A stretch of DNA of 56,960 bases from Candidatus Daviesbacteria bacterium (GTDB lineage: Bacteria; Patescibacteriota; Microgenomatia; Daviesbacterales; UBA10151), in the NCBI GenBank assembly GCA_030646805.1, contig JAUSKZ010000016.1, positions 1 to 56,960 on the forward strand, read 5' to 3'. How positions within the stretch are numbered: the stretch's first letter is position 1; each line of letters begins with the position of its first letter. The position numbers and the translations under genes were made by a program. Below are positions 34,376 through 43,554 of this stretch, one piece after another. The notes below the pieces were generated by a model, which made no database searches, had not been told where the DNA came from, and saw nothing but the letters and a program-made list of their open reading frames with translations.

Positions 34376-35425
34376 CTAAAGCCACCGGCTAATCTTAAAG
34401 ATCAAGACCATAAAAGAGGCAATCACCGCCATAATTGTCGATAGAATCAATAAGACATCCGGATCTTCGGCTTTGGGTAAACCAATAATATTCATTCCAT
34501 AAACACTCGCCAAAAATGTTAAAGGTAGTAAAATGGCCGTAAACATAGTTAAAACTTTCATAATTTCATTACTTCTGGCAGTCAACAACGACTCATAACT
34601 TGAGGCGATCCCTTCGATAAGTTCCCGATTTCCATCCAGACGGTATTTAATTTTTTGCAGATGGTCCAACATACTACTCCAAGAAATTGAGGATGATTCC
34701 TCAAAGCCTGGAAATTTTCCGGTTGAAAGATCTGCAAAAATGCTAATTGCTGGTGTAACCATCGATTTAAAATAAACTATATTTCTTCTCATTACCGAAA
34801 TCTCCTCGACAATACCTCCCGGAGCTTTATTTTTGATTAGTCTTAAGTCAATATCATCTATGGCTCCTGATAACTCATTCATAACCTTAAATGAAGAGTT
34901 AATCAAAGCATTGGTAATACTAAAAAAAAGGTTATTGGGCCCTTGACCCATATACTCTTCCCGATTAACTAAGGTTTTTTGACACTCAGTAAATATATGA
35001 TCAACCTCAGGTGTTTTATCATCATGTAAAACTACTAAAAAATTTTGGCCAACAAAAAAGTTAACATGGGCAGTTCGGATCCGCTTTTGCTTTAACTTAC
35101 CAAAAATTAAATTTGAGATAGTTGAGGGTTTGGGTATAAGGTCTGTTATTCCAAAAACTGGTTGTTTAGGCTCCTCGGGGGGTGTGTGGCTATTACCATT
35201 TTGATGCACCTCTTCAGTTCCATCATCAAGAAATGGGATATCTAAGACAATTAAAATATAATCTTTTTCCTCTTCAATTTTAGGGACTTGTTTGCGGTTA
35301 ATATAATCCTCTAAGTGAAATTTGCTAATATTATATTCAGTCCGTAGATGTTTTAACTCCAACTCTTTTGGGTCGTGGACATCAACAAAAGTTAAATCAC
35401 CAAAGGCAACGCTTAAGATATTCAT
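34376..35425 (-). CDS. corA: CorA family divalent cation transporter
   Basis: YGMN signature (VYGMNIIGLP) between two C-terminal TM helices. Confidence 0.85.
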   Translation of the reverse strand: MNILSVAFGDLTFVDVHDPKELELKHLRTEYNISKFHLEDYINRKQVPKIEEEKDYILIVLDIPFLDDGTEEVHQNGNSHTPPEEPKQPVFGITDLIPKPSTISNLIFGKLKQKRIRTAHVNFFVGQNFLVVLHDDKTPEVDHIFTECQKTLVNREEYMGQGPNNLFFSITNALINSSFKVMNELSGAIDDIDLRLIKNKAPGGIVEEISVMRRNIVYFKSMVTPAISIFADLSTGKFPGFEESSSISWSSMLDHLQKIKYRLDGNRELIEGIASSYESLLTARSNEIMKVLTMFTAILLPLTFLASVYGMNIIGLPKAEDPDVLLILSTIMAVIASFMVLIFKISRWL

Positions 35426-35475
35426 ATTAGGAAAAAACTCACCTACTAACAGAGTAAATCAATTTTAGAGGTGGG

Positions 35476-36225
35476 TCAACTGCCTTCCAAGAGGGTGATA
35501 AAAGTCCAAAGAATTACTATTCCTAAGATAAAGGGGATCGTTTGAACCCAACTTCGAGATTTCGAAAAATCAGTGTGGAGCTCTGGGATCAAATCCGAGC
35601 AAGCAATATAGATAAACATTCCGGCCGTAAAAGCTAAGGACAAAGGGATTAACCCCTTTAAGTTTTCCAGGAAATAAAACCCCAAAATACCGCCTAAAAC
35701 CGCGGTTGTGCCAGATAAAAAATTATAAAAAAGAGCTTGGAACTTCTTCATTCCGGAATTTATCAAAACACTAAAATCAGCAATTTCGTGTGGAACTTCG
35801 TGGGCGATCACTGCAATAGTTGTGGCTATCCCTAAGGCCGGACTGGTCAAAAAAGCTCCAGCGATAGCCACCCCATCAATTAAATTATGGGCCCCATCCC
35901 CGAGTAAAATTAAAACACTAGACGGGCTACTGCCATGAGTTCCGTGGTGGTGATGAAACCACAAAACGAATCTTTCCAGGAAAAAAAAGGTGATGATCCC
36001 CAAAAATGTGGCCACAAATAACGGACCTATGTCTTGCATCCCCTCAGCTGCCTCCGGCAAAAGATCGATAAAAGAAGTGGTCAGCATTACCCCGGCAGCA
36101 AAACTGACCAGATATGTCAAAGCTTTCTGGGTTAAAAGTTTCTGAGAAATTAAAAGCCCTCCACCGACAAGGGCGATTAAACTAACTACAGTATTTGCTA
36201 AAATAATTGATAACAGCGTTTCCAA
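35476..36225 (-). CDS. ZIP family metal transporter
   Basis: HEVPHEIADF motif, a His-rich loop (HHHHGTHG) and 8 TM helices. TTG start. Confidence 0.8.
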   Translation of the reverse strand: METLLSIILANTVVSLIALVGGGLLISQKLLTQKALTYLVSFAAGVMLTTSFIDLLPEAAEGMQDIGPLFVATFLGIITFFFLERFVLWFHHHHGTHGSSPSSVLILLGDGAHNLIDGVAIAGAFLTSPALGIATTIAVIAHEVPHEIADFSVLINSGMKKFQALFYNFLSGTTAVLGGILGFYFLENLKGLIPLSLAFTAGMFIYIACSDLIPELHTDFSKSRSWVQTIPFILGIVILWTFITLLEGS

Positions 36226-36276
36226 ACTACGGCTAGTATCTCAACCTAGGATATTAGTGTCAATTAGTAATCAAAA

Positions 36277-36444
36277 TTAGATCCTTTTTCGCTTGGAACT
36301 CCTGCCACCGGATCTGGCTACCCTCTCCCGCGTTTCATTATCTGCAGTTTCCAATCCTCTTGTTAGGTGGAAAGCGTTTCCACCTGCCTCCGCAACTCGA
36401 CGACGAGTAACTTCGTCTGCACTGGCCAAACCTTTTCTGATCAT
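36277..36444 (-). CDS. Small KGG-repeat stress protein, 55 aa (below ORF-track cutoff)
   Basis: MIRKGLASADEVTRRRVAEAGGNAFHLTRGLETADNETRERVARSGGRSSKRKRI has two KGG-type repeats. GGGAGGTGA lies 5 nt upstream of the ATG. Confidence 0.6.
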   Translation of the reverse strand: MIRKGLASADEVTRRRVAEAGGNAFHLTRGLETADNETRERVARSGGRSSKRKRI

Positions 36445-36467
36445 AAATTCACCTCCCTCTATTCAAT

Positions 36468-36725
36468 TTATTCTAACTTTTGACTCTCTGCTAACTCTTT
36501 AATAATATTTAAAGCATGCGGACTTTCCTCATCAGCCTTTAAATAAAGACCCATATCTTGAGCTCTTTCTAAAGTTGTCTCTCCCTCAATTAGCTCTGGA
36601 TCTGGCATAGTCCCAGACTCACTTAATTCATCGTAATCTTCCGGTTTGGTTTTTCTAACTTCTTCACGATTACTTAGACTATCAGAAGCTGGATCAGCAA
36701 AGTTAGGGTTTAATCTTCCGTTCAT
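36468..36725 (-). CDS. Hypothetical acidic protein, 85 aa
   Basis: ORF only. Confidence 0.45.
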   Translation of the reverse strand: MNGRLNPNFADPASDSLSNREEVRKTKPEDYDELSESGTMPDPELIEGETTLERAQDMGLYLKADEESPHALNIIKELAESQKLE

Positions 36726-36794
36726 AGAATCACAGTTTAATCTTTGAAAGTTACAATGTGAAGTTAAAGAGGAATTAAAAAAGTAAGAGTTTGT

Positions 36795-36965
36795 CTACTT
36801 ACTCTTCTTAAAATCTAAAGCAAGGGAATTAATACAATATCTCTTGCCTGTTTTAGCTCTACCATCATCAAAAATATGGTCGCAGTTATAATAAATTTTC
36901 TTAAATCTTTGAGATTCATATCTTTAATATATACCCAAAAATCTTCCAGTCAATACGGTACTTCA
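36795..36965 (-). pseudogene. msrB: Decayed remnant of methionine-R-sulfoxide reductase MsrB
   Basis: The minus strand reads YYNCDHIFDDGRAKTGKRYCINSLALDFKKSK*, matching the MsrB C-terminus NCDaHLGHVFxDGPxPTGxRYCINSxxLxF. Another frame upstream reads LTGRFLGIY*, compare FTGxxxxxxxxGxY. No intact ORF. Confidence 0.55.
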
Positions 36966-37067
36966 AATATTAATAAGCTTGTACTGCGAAAATGGCCGGG
37001 AAGATTAGGATTTATTAACAAGAGAGATTAAAGATGACGATATACTTCAGGTGAAATATATTTCTAA

Positions 37068-37394
37068 CTAATATTCCATCCGGCGAGGTCCTGGACGTGA
37101 TCTTATCATACTAACCACTCTATCGCGATCTGGGTCGTCACCTTTTAAAGTTTCAATAACAAAATTAATATTGCCATCAACCGTTGAAGCATCTACGTTA
37201 GACAGTCTTCGCCAAGGATTAGTTAGGATAACATTTACAAAACCATCTGCTAAGCTATCTTTTAAATAGCCTGCAACTTTATATCTTAAGTCCTGAGGCA
37301 TTGTGTCTATGGTATCTATAATAAAACAAAGAGTAGCAGCATAGGTTTGGGCAAGATCATCTTGACTCCCTTGTTCTGTTTTACGCTCTGCCAT
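37068..37394 (-). CDS. Hypothetical protein, 108 aa
   Basis: ORF only. Confidence 0.5.
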   Translation of the reverse strand: MAERKTEQGSQDDLAQTYAATLCFIIDTIDTMPQDLRYKVAGYLKDSLADGFVNVILTNPWRRLSNVDASTVDGNINFVIETLKGDDPDRDRVVSMIRSRPGPRRMEY

Positions 37395-37515
37395 TCCCTG
37401 ATTATACTTACCATTACATCAATGTCAAGCTAGTGTACTAGATGAGTACATCGGTGACACTTCCTTGTAGTAGGTATCAAGATACTCTAAAAGTTAAACC
37501 CGAACCAGGTATGGG

Positions 37516-38484
37516 TTAGCTCGACAAACGGGAAATATATTTTTCAACTATCATTTTAGTTTGTTCTAAATTCTCAACCTCCATCAGTTTACCTCGGAGC
37601 TCTGAGGCACCCTCAAATCCATGGATATAAATTTTAAAAAATTTCCTCAAAGTTAAAAACTTTTTTGTATCTCCCCAAGTTTCTTCAAATAGTTGCCCGT
37701 GTAAAAGTAATAATTGGAGCATCTCCTCTACTTTGTGACTCTCTTCCGTATCACCAGCTTTACTCAAAGCAAAGATATCTTGGAATATGCCTGTACCAAT
37801 CATCACTCCATCTACCCCAAACTCTAAAACTCTCTGAGTAGCCTCTAAATAGTTTTTAACTCCTCCATTCCCAATAATAATAGTCTGCGGCGCAATTTTA
37901 TTCTTTAAATTAACTGCCCGCCCTATCTCATCCCAGTGAGTAGGAACTTTGGACATCTCTTTAACCGTTCTTCCGTGAATAGTTATTGCCTGAAGCTTTT
38001 GTAAAAGTAAAAAACCTATCCAGTCCTCAGTTTGTATCTCCCTTACCCCCAATCGGGTTTTAACGCTGACCGGTAAATCGCCTGCTCCCTCTTTGGTTGC
38101 TGTAATAACTTCAAGCGCCAGATTTCTATTCTCAATTAAAGAGGAGCAAGAACCGCTCTTTCTGATCGATTTATCCGGGCAACCCATATTAATATCTATC
38201 CCGTCAAACCCCATCTCTTGAAGCTCCTTGGCAATTTTAAAATAATTCTCAGGTTTAAGTCCCCAAATTTGAGCCACAATTGGCCTTTGGTTTTCTGTAT
38301 ACTCCAGTCTCCTGATTTGGGTCTCTCGTCCTTTAGAGTTTAAAGCGTCAACGTTGGTAAATTCAGTAAAAAAAACATCTGGTCTGGCTATATCAGCCAC
38401 TACCTCTCGAAAAACTACATCAGTTACCTCATCCATCGGCGCCAAACAGATAATTGGTTTTTTAAGTTCCTGCCAAAAGTTCAT
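37516..38484 (-). CDS. dus: tRNA-dihydrouridine synthase
   Basis: LAPMDEVTD and GFDGIDINMGCP (catalytic Cys context), with a TIM-barrel pattern. Confidence 0.88.
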   Translation of the reverse strand: MNFWQELKKPIICLAPMDEVTDVVFREVVADIARPDVFFTEFTNVDALNSKGRETQIRRLEYTENQRPIVAQIWGLKPENYFKIAKELQEMGFDGIDINMGCPDKSIRKSGSCSSLIENRNLALEVITATKEGAGDLPVSVKTRLGVREIQTEDWIGFLLLQKLQAITIHGRTVKEMSKVPTHWDEIGRAVNLKNKIAPQTIIIGNGGVKNYLEATQRVLEFGVDGVMIGTGIFQDIFALSKAGDTEESHKVEEMLQLLLLHGQLFEETWGDTKKFLTLRKFFKIYIHGFEGASELRGKLMEVENLEQTKMIVEKYISRLSS

Positions 38485-38566
38485 CCAGGTATTTTACCTT
38501 TTGCAGAAGTCTTACTCAAGAAAAACCTTTCTTCCTCTTTGAACTTTAATTATCTATACTATCTAT

Positions 38567-38941
38567 ATGGATCCTCAAAAATCCGGCACAATACTCAAAT
38601 CTTTTAAGTTCGCCTTAGAAGGCATTTTAGCTGCGGTCAAGACCGAAAGAAACTTCCGTTTAGGGATAGTTGAGGCTATCGTAATTATTATTTTAGGTAT
38701 TGTGTTTAACATTACAAGAATTGAATGGGTTATCATAATCCTCTTGACCGGCCTTGTTTTAACCGCTGAACTAACTAACTCGGCCCTCGAGATTATCGTT
38801 GATTCATTTACTGATAAATACCACCCTGGAGCCAAACGGGCTAAGGATATTGCGGCGGGAGCGGTTGTAATTTTAATTATCACTGCAGCTATTGTCGGAA
38901 CTTTAATATTCTTACCTTATATAGAGGCACTCCGTGGGTAA
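38567..38941 (+). CDS. dgkA: Diacylglycerol/undecaprenol kinase (DgkA family)
   Basis: 124 aa with 3 TM. ERNFR..., ELTNSALE and AKDIAAGAV motifs. Confidence 0.85.
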   Translation: MDPQKSGTILKSFKFALEGILAAVKTERNFRLGIVEAIVIIILGIVFNITRIEWVIIILLTGLVLTAELTNSALEIIVDSFTDKYHPGAKRAKDIAAGAVVILIITAAIVGTLIFLPYIEALRG

Positions 38942-39455
38942 TTTAGAGGTTTTTTATTTAATCCATTCTTTAAGTTCCAAAAACCAGATCTTAGATTTTT
39001 TAATGATCTTTGGGGCAGAGTTTTTAATTTATATCGCTTTTTGTCTGGCTTTTTATTTCTCCTTTAAGGGTAATCGCCAGAAAAAGGCTTTACTCTTAAC
39101 CCTTATAGCAATTGTCATTGGCTATCTAACAGTTAAATTTATTCGGCTATTTGTTGATATCCCCCGCCCAATGCTAGCCCATAATATAAGTCCTCTAATT
39201 GCCACTCCCGACTCTTCCTCATTTCCTTCTTCACACACTACCACTATGGCTATCTTGACCTTTAGTTTTTTATACTACAGATCAAAGGCGGCTATCTTTT
39301 TAATCATATTTTTAATTTGGGTCGGCCTTTCCCGGATATATGTTGGGGTACACTATCCTTTAGATATCTTAGGAGGAGTGGTGATTGGACTACTGTCGGT
39401 GAGCTTAGCAGTACCACTGCTTGAATATCTTAAAAAATATTCTAGGAGTTTATAA
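38934..39455 (+). CDS. PAP2 family phosphatase (undecaprenyl-diphosphatase-like)
   Basis: KxxxxxRP (KFIRLFVDIPRP), SFPSSHTT and SRIYVGVHYPLD. Confidence 0.85.
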   Translation: MGNLEVFYLIHSLSSKNQILDFLMIFGAEFLIYIAFCLAFYFSFKGNRQKKALLLTLIAIVIGYLTVKFIRLFVDIPRPMLAHNISPLIATPDSSSFPSSHTTTMAILTFSFLYYRSKAAIFLIIFLIWVGLSRIYVGVHYPLDILGGVVIGLLSVSLAVPLLEYLKKYSRSL

Positions 39456-39590
39456 GCTTCCGCGAACTGAGAGTCCGTGGTTTTCTTGTATTTTAAGACA
39501 GCTTGCTTCAGCATCGGTCTTGCGAACTTGTGAGCAAGTTCTTAGGCTTTCAAGCGCTTCGCTACTTAATACCGCGGAATCTTGAAACCT

Positions 39591-39662
39591 TTCCTCGCCT
39601 TCATCCCTTCGACAGGTTTACACTGAGTTTATCGAAGTGCTCAGGGTTTTGGCGAAGCGGTT
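39591..39662 (-). repeat. Degenerate inverted family B repeat overlapping the 3' end of the M16 gene
   Basis: The reverse complement contains CCGCTTCGCCAAA (13 nt shared with 24108-24120) and, 44 nt later, AAGGCGAGG. Confidence 0.5.
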
Positions 39663-40918
39663 ATAATTGCCTCAAACTTACGAGCTTCTTTAAATGGACC
39701 AATTATTTGTAAGTTAAATTTTGATCTTTGAAATAACTCCGAGGCCACTGCTTGAATATCCTCTGCACTCACTTGATCGATCTTTTTTAAGTATTCTTCA
39801 AAGCTCTCAACACTCTTATCCAAGACATATTTTATCCCGAAATGTTCAGCTAAAAAGTTCGTTGATTCCGAGCGGAGTGCAATCCGACCTCGCTCCATCT
39901 CTTTGGCCTTTTTTAACTCTTCGGGGGTAACTTTTTCGGTAACGGTTCGCTCCAGCTCATCAATAATTACCTTTAACCCTTCCTCAATCTTCTCTTTTTT
40001 TAAACCCCCGTAGGTTGCAAAAAAACCGGTATCTTTTAAAGGTTCGTGGAAAGCAAACACTGAGTAAGCCAACCCCCGTCTTTCCCTTATCTGCATAAAT
40101 AGCCGAGAAGACATCCCCTCACCTAAAATAATCCCTAAAACCCGGGCGGCGTATTTTTTATCGCTATCTCGATCATACCCTTCTACCCCTAAAACCAAAT
40201 GAACTTGATCGGTTTTCTTATAGTAAACACTAACTTTTGGCTTAGTTTGTTTTTTTGATTTAAAAGGTTCAAAGTTTTCTAAGGAGTTTTTAGGTAGGTC
40301 CCCAAAGTACTTTTCGGCGATACCCTCAATATCTTTTGGTAGTTTGCCGGCGTAAACCAGAGCCATGTTGGAAGGTGCATAAAAACTTTGGATGTAATTT
40401 AAAAAATCGTTACGATTAAATGAGGTGACCGATTTTTGGGTACCAATAATATCCCTCCCTAAGGGTGTGTCTCCAAATTGGAGTTGGTCGTAAAGTGACC
40501 AAACATAGCGGTTAGGGTTATCTTGATACATCCTCATCTCTTCTATAATTACCCCTTTTTCCCGCTCAACTTCACTTTCTGCAAACAGCGATTCTTTAAG
40601 TTGAGAAGATAAAATATCTGAGGCTAACCCCAAATGTTTAGCAGCCGATTTGATCCAATAAAAAGTTACCTCTTTATCGGTTCCGGCGTTATTGATCGCC
40701 CCAATCCCATCAACTAGATTAGCGATAATCTCAGCTGTTGGGTATTTCTTTGAACCCTTAAAAAACATATGTTCCAAGAAGTGGGAAATCCCGGCTACCC
40801 GTTTACTCTCATACCTAGAACCTACCCCGACAGCAAGGAGAGTAGTGACCGAATCTAGGTGAGGCAGGTTTACAGTAATTAAAGTTAAACCATTTTTTAA
40901 AGTTGATCTTGAATACAT
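39641..40918 (-). CDS. M16 family (pitrilysin/insulinase-like) zinc peptidase
   Basis: Inverted zinc motif HFLEHMFFKG (HxxEH) and a downstream Glu region. Confidence 0.88.
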   Translation of the reverse strand: MYSRSTLKNGLTLITVNLPHLDSVTTLLAVGVGSRYESKRVAGISHFLEHMFFKGSKKYPTAEIIANLVDGIGAINNAGTDKEVTFYWIKSAAKHLGLASDILSSQLKESLFAESEVEREKGVIIEEMRMYQDNPNRYVWSLYDQLQFGDTPLGRDIIGTQKSVTSFNRNDFLNYIQSFYAPSNMALVYAGKLPKDIEGIAEKYFGDLPKNSLENFEPFKSKKQTKPKVSVYYKKTDQVHLVLGVEGYDRDSDKKYAARVLGIILGEGMSSRLFMQIRERRGLAYSVFAFHEPLKDTGFFATYGGLKKEKIEEGLKVIIDELERTVTEKVTPEELKKAKEMERGRIALRSESTNFLAEHFGIKYVLDKSVESFEEYLKKIDQVSAEDIQAVASELFQRSKFNLQIIGPFKEARKFEAIITASPKP

Positions 40919-40977
40919 CGGCTTAATTTATCAAATTAACCCCAATAAAACAACTTCCATATCGGGATTTTACTGTC

Positions 40978-42189
40978 TCAAACCTTGTCTTTCGTTTTCA
41001 AAATATATTTTTTATCTTTTATTTTATCCGGTAATAGACTCTCTTCAGAGTACATTTGATAGCTTTTTCCATAACCCAAATCTTTCATCAGCCTGGTTGG
41101 AGCGTTGCGAAGATTTAAAGGAATGGCTAAATTTCCATATTTTTTAACATCCTCTAAAGCGGCAAAGTAAGCATCATAAACACTTCGGTCTTTTGAAGCC
41201 TTCGCCAGATAACCCACCCCATGAGCTAAATTTATCTGACACTCAGGATAACCGATCGTCTCACAAGCTCTAAAAACTTCATTAGCCACCACTATGGCTG
41301 TCGGCTGACTCAGTCCAATATCTTCGGAGGCAAAGATGACCATTCTCCGAGCAATAAACAAAGGATCCTCTCCAGCTTCAACCATTCGGGCTAAATAGTA
41401 AAGTGCGGCGTCAATATTTGAGGCTCTCATTGATTTAATGAAAGCTGAGATAGTATTGTAATGCTCATCGCCAGATTTATCATAAGATAGAAGCTTTGCC
41501 TGATAGACCTCCTCAACTAACTCTTGAGTTATATTTTTCTTTTTCTGACCAACTATATCCATCACTGCTACTTCTAAAGCGTTTAGAGCTTTTCTGGCGT
41601 CCCCACCAGAAAGTTCCAGCAACGCCTCCAAAGCTTCATCCTTGATCTCAACTTTAAATTTACCAAGACCCCGCTCAGAGTCTTGTAAGGCTCGCATGAC
41701 CAACTCTTTTAAATCATTTTTCGATAGAGGCTCCAGAACAAATACCCGGGTCCGGGAAAGTAATGGGCTAATAATTTCAAAGCTAGGGTTTTCAGTAGTC
41801 GCCCCAATTAAAAGAATTGTTCCATTTTCAACATAGGGTAAAAAAGCATCCTGTTGGGATTTACTAAATCTATGGATCTCGTCAATAAAAATAATTGTTT
41901 GTTTACTTGGATCTATTTGCTTTTCACGCTTTAATTCTTCAAATAATCTTTTTAGCTCAGGAGTCCCAGTGTTGACCGCTGAGAACTCCAAAAATTGAGA
42001 GGAGGTCTCGTTGGCGATAAGTCTTGCCAGAGATGTTTTTCCGACCCCCGGAGGACCCCAGAGGATCATTGAAAATAGTTGATTATTTTTAATAGCCTTA
42101 AAGAGTAGTTTATCCTCAGAGAGCAAGTGTCTCTCTCCGATAAACTCTTTTAAGGTCCGGGGTCTCATCCGATCTGCCAAAGGTACCAT
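40978..42189 (-). CDS. rarA: Replication-associated recombination protein A (AAA+ ATPase RarA/MgsA)
   Basis: Walker A GPPGVGKTS, Walker B IIFIDEIHRF and the MgsA C-terminal domain (YDKSGDEHYNTISAFIKSMR). Confidence 0.9.
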   Translation of the reverse strand: MVPLADRMRPRTLKEFIGERHLLSEDKLLFKAIKNNQLFSMILWGPPGVGKTSLARLIANETSSQFLEFSAVNTGTPELKRLFEELKREKQIDPSKQTIIFIDEIHRFSKSQQDAFLPYVENGTILLIGATTENPSFEIISPLLSRTRVFVLEPLSKNDLKELVMRALQDSERGLGKFKVEIKDEALEALLELSGGDARKALNALEVAVMDIVGQKKKNITQELVEEVYQAKLLSYDKSGDEHYNTISAFIKSMRASNIDAALYYLARMVEAGEDPLFIARRMVIFASEDIGLSQPTAIVVANEVFRACETIGYPECQINLAHGVGYLAKASKDRSVYDAYFAALEDVKKYGNLAIPLNLRNAPTRLMKDLGYGKSYQMYSEESLLPDKIKDKKYILKTKDKV

Positions 42190-42222
42190 ACTTATTGATA
42201 ATATCCGAAAAAAGGGCGAAGA

Positions 42223-43509
42223 TCAACTAGATGCAAGGTCGTCGTAAGTTTTAATATCGCCTTTAAATAGGTCAAAAGTGCCTATCCAAGAATGGTCAGG
42301 AGCCCTCATCAAACTTACCGCCCTAGGAACCTTAATCTTTTTATCAAACTCAACCCGAGTAAAGCCGCGAGGTCCTTGGCGATTACGGACAGTTAAAACA
42401 AAAGAACGAGGATTGGTTAAAAGATCCAACTTAACTTCATCGTAAGAATGCTCGTTATTATAGGGCTCGGAGGAGACGTAAATGGATCCATAAGTTTCAT
42501 GCTGGACTCTGAACTCATAAATTTTCGGTCTTCCTGTTAACTCTTTCATTACACCATACTCTTCCAGACAACTAAGTCTGGTATAGTTGCCTATCAAAAG
42601 TGCAACTAAAGTTTTTTTGGCTAAGTCCTTCCAGACTTTGTCTCTAGCTTCCTGCCTATAAAGATCATAAGACCTGGGTATATACTCCATCATCTCTTCT
42701 TCAAAAGATTTCATAAATTCAGCCCTCTTTGAGGGAGTAAAGTCCGGTTCTCGGTAAAATCCGGCTACCTCCAAGGATATTTCACCAAGTTTGCCTAAAA
42801 CTTCCCGTTGAACTTCAGTTGGCCACTTAGCTAACATTATATCGTTGCGTTTTTGTTTATTTCGAAAAGTCATAGCAATATCTTCCTCGATATTTTCCGG
42901 AGCTTGGTTACATAAATTAACATCTGGTAAGAAGGCTGGCATGGCTGGATTTTGATGTATGAAGTTTACAACTAACTGCCGTCCGTTTTCTCCAAGTGAT
43001 TGCCGCATATACACTTTCATTTGACTTTGGATCTCAGCCCATTTTTCAGGAGTCCTTAATCTTTTAATGCAGAATAAATGCGGGTCGCCTGATTTATCAT
43101 AAGTAGCTGAAGCTGAATAAATCTGATTATCTAAAGTTTGAGTAAGCCGTAGATATTCATCCTGTCCACTATAATTTACTTCTACCAATCTACTTTTCAC
43201 TCCAAGGTTTCGGCTAACTCGAATTCTAGTTGAAAAATTAGGGACTAGAAGATCAGGTCCAACTAATCTTAAGGTTTCGGTGGCGACTCTTTCCAACCGA
43301 TCTTTAATCATCCGATCAGTTCTAATTAGTTTAATATGAGGACCCATATATTCATTAACCGGTACTAACACTTTTTCAAAAAATGAATTAACATCTCCAT
43401 CATCCTGTTCGGCCGAAACACGGAAACCAGATTGTCCAGGATTCAGTGAGACGTTTTTCCACTCAATATTTTCCGGTAAAAATGGAGCCTTGTCTTCAGG
43501 GTTGTACAT
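42223..43509 (-). CDS. Hypothetical cytoplasmic protein, 428 aa, no recognised domain
   Basis: Long uninterrupted ORF in line between cysS and rarA. No TM or signal peptide. Confidence 0.6.
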   Translation of the reverse strand: MYNPEDKAPFLPENIEWKNVSLNPGQSGFRVSAEQDDGDVNSFFEKVLVPVNEYMGPHIKLIRTDRMIKDRLERVATETLRLVGPDLLVPNFSTRIRVSRNLGVKSRLVEVNYSGQDEYLRLTQTLDNQIYSASATYDKSGDPHLFCIKRLRTPEKWAEIQSQMKVYMRQSLGENGRQLVVNFIHQNPAMPAFLPDVNLCNQAPENIEEDIAMTFRNKQKRNDIMLAKWPTEVQREVLGKLGEISLEVAGFYREPDFTPSKRAEFMKSFEEEMMEYIPRSYDLYRQEARDKVWKDLAKKTLVALLIGNYTRLSCLEEYGVMKELTGRPKIYEFRVQHETYGSIYVSSEPYNNEHSYDEVKLDLLTNPRSFVLTVRNRQGPRGFTRVEFDKKIKVPRAVSLMRAPDHSWIGTFDLFKGDIKTYDDLASS

Positions 43510-43554
43510 AAAGGAGATTTTACTACTTTGAGGCTAATTTTGCAAGTTATAGGT

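Noticed and set aside
36293-36502. 69-aa plus-strand ORF.
   Set aside because: It is antisense to the 55-aa KGG-repeat ORF, which has a strong SD and a recognisable repeat pattern.
39503-39712. 69-aa plus-strand ORF across the GC-rich spacer.
   Set aside because: The product (LRYLIPRNLE..HPFDRFTLSLSKCSGF) looks like a read-through translation of repeat sequence. It runs into the M16 gene on the opposite strand.
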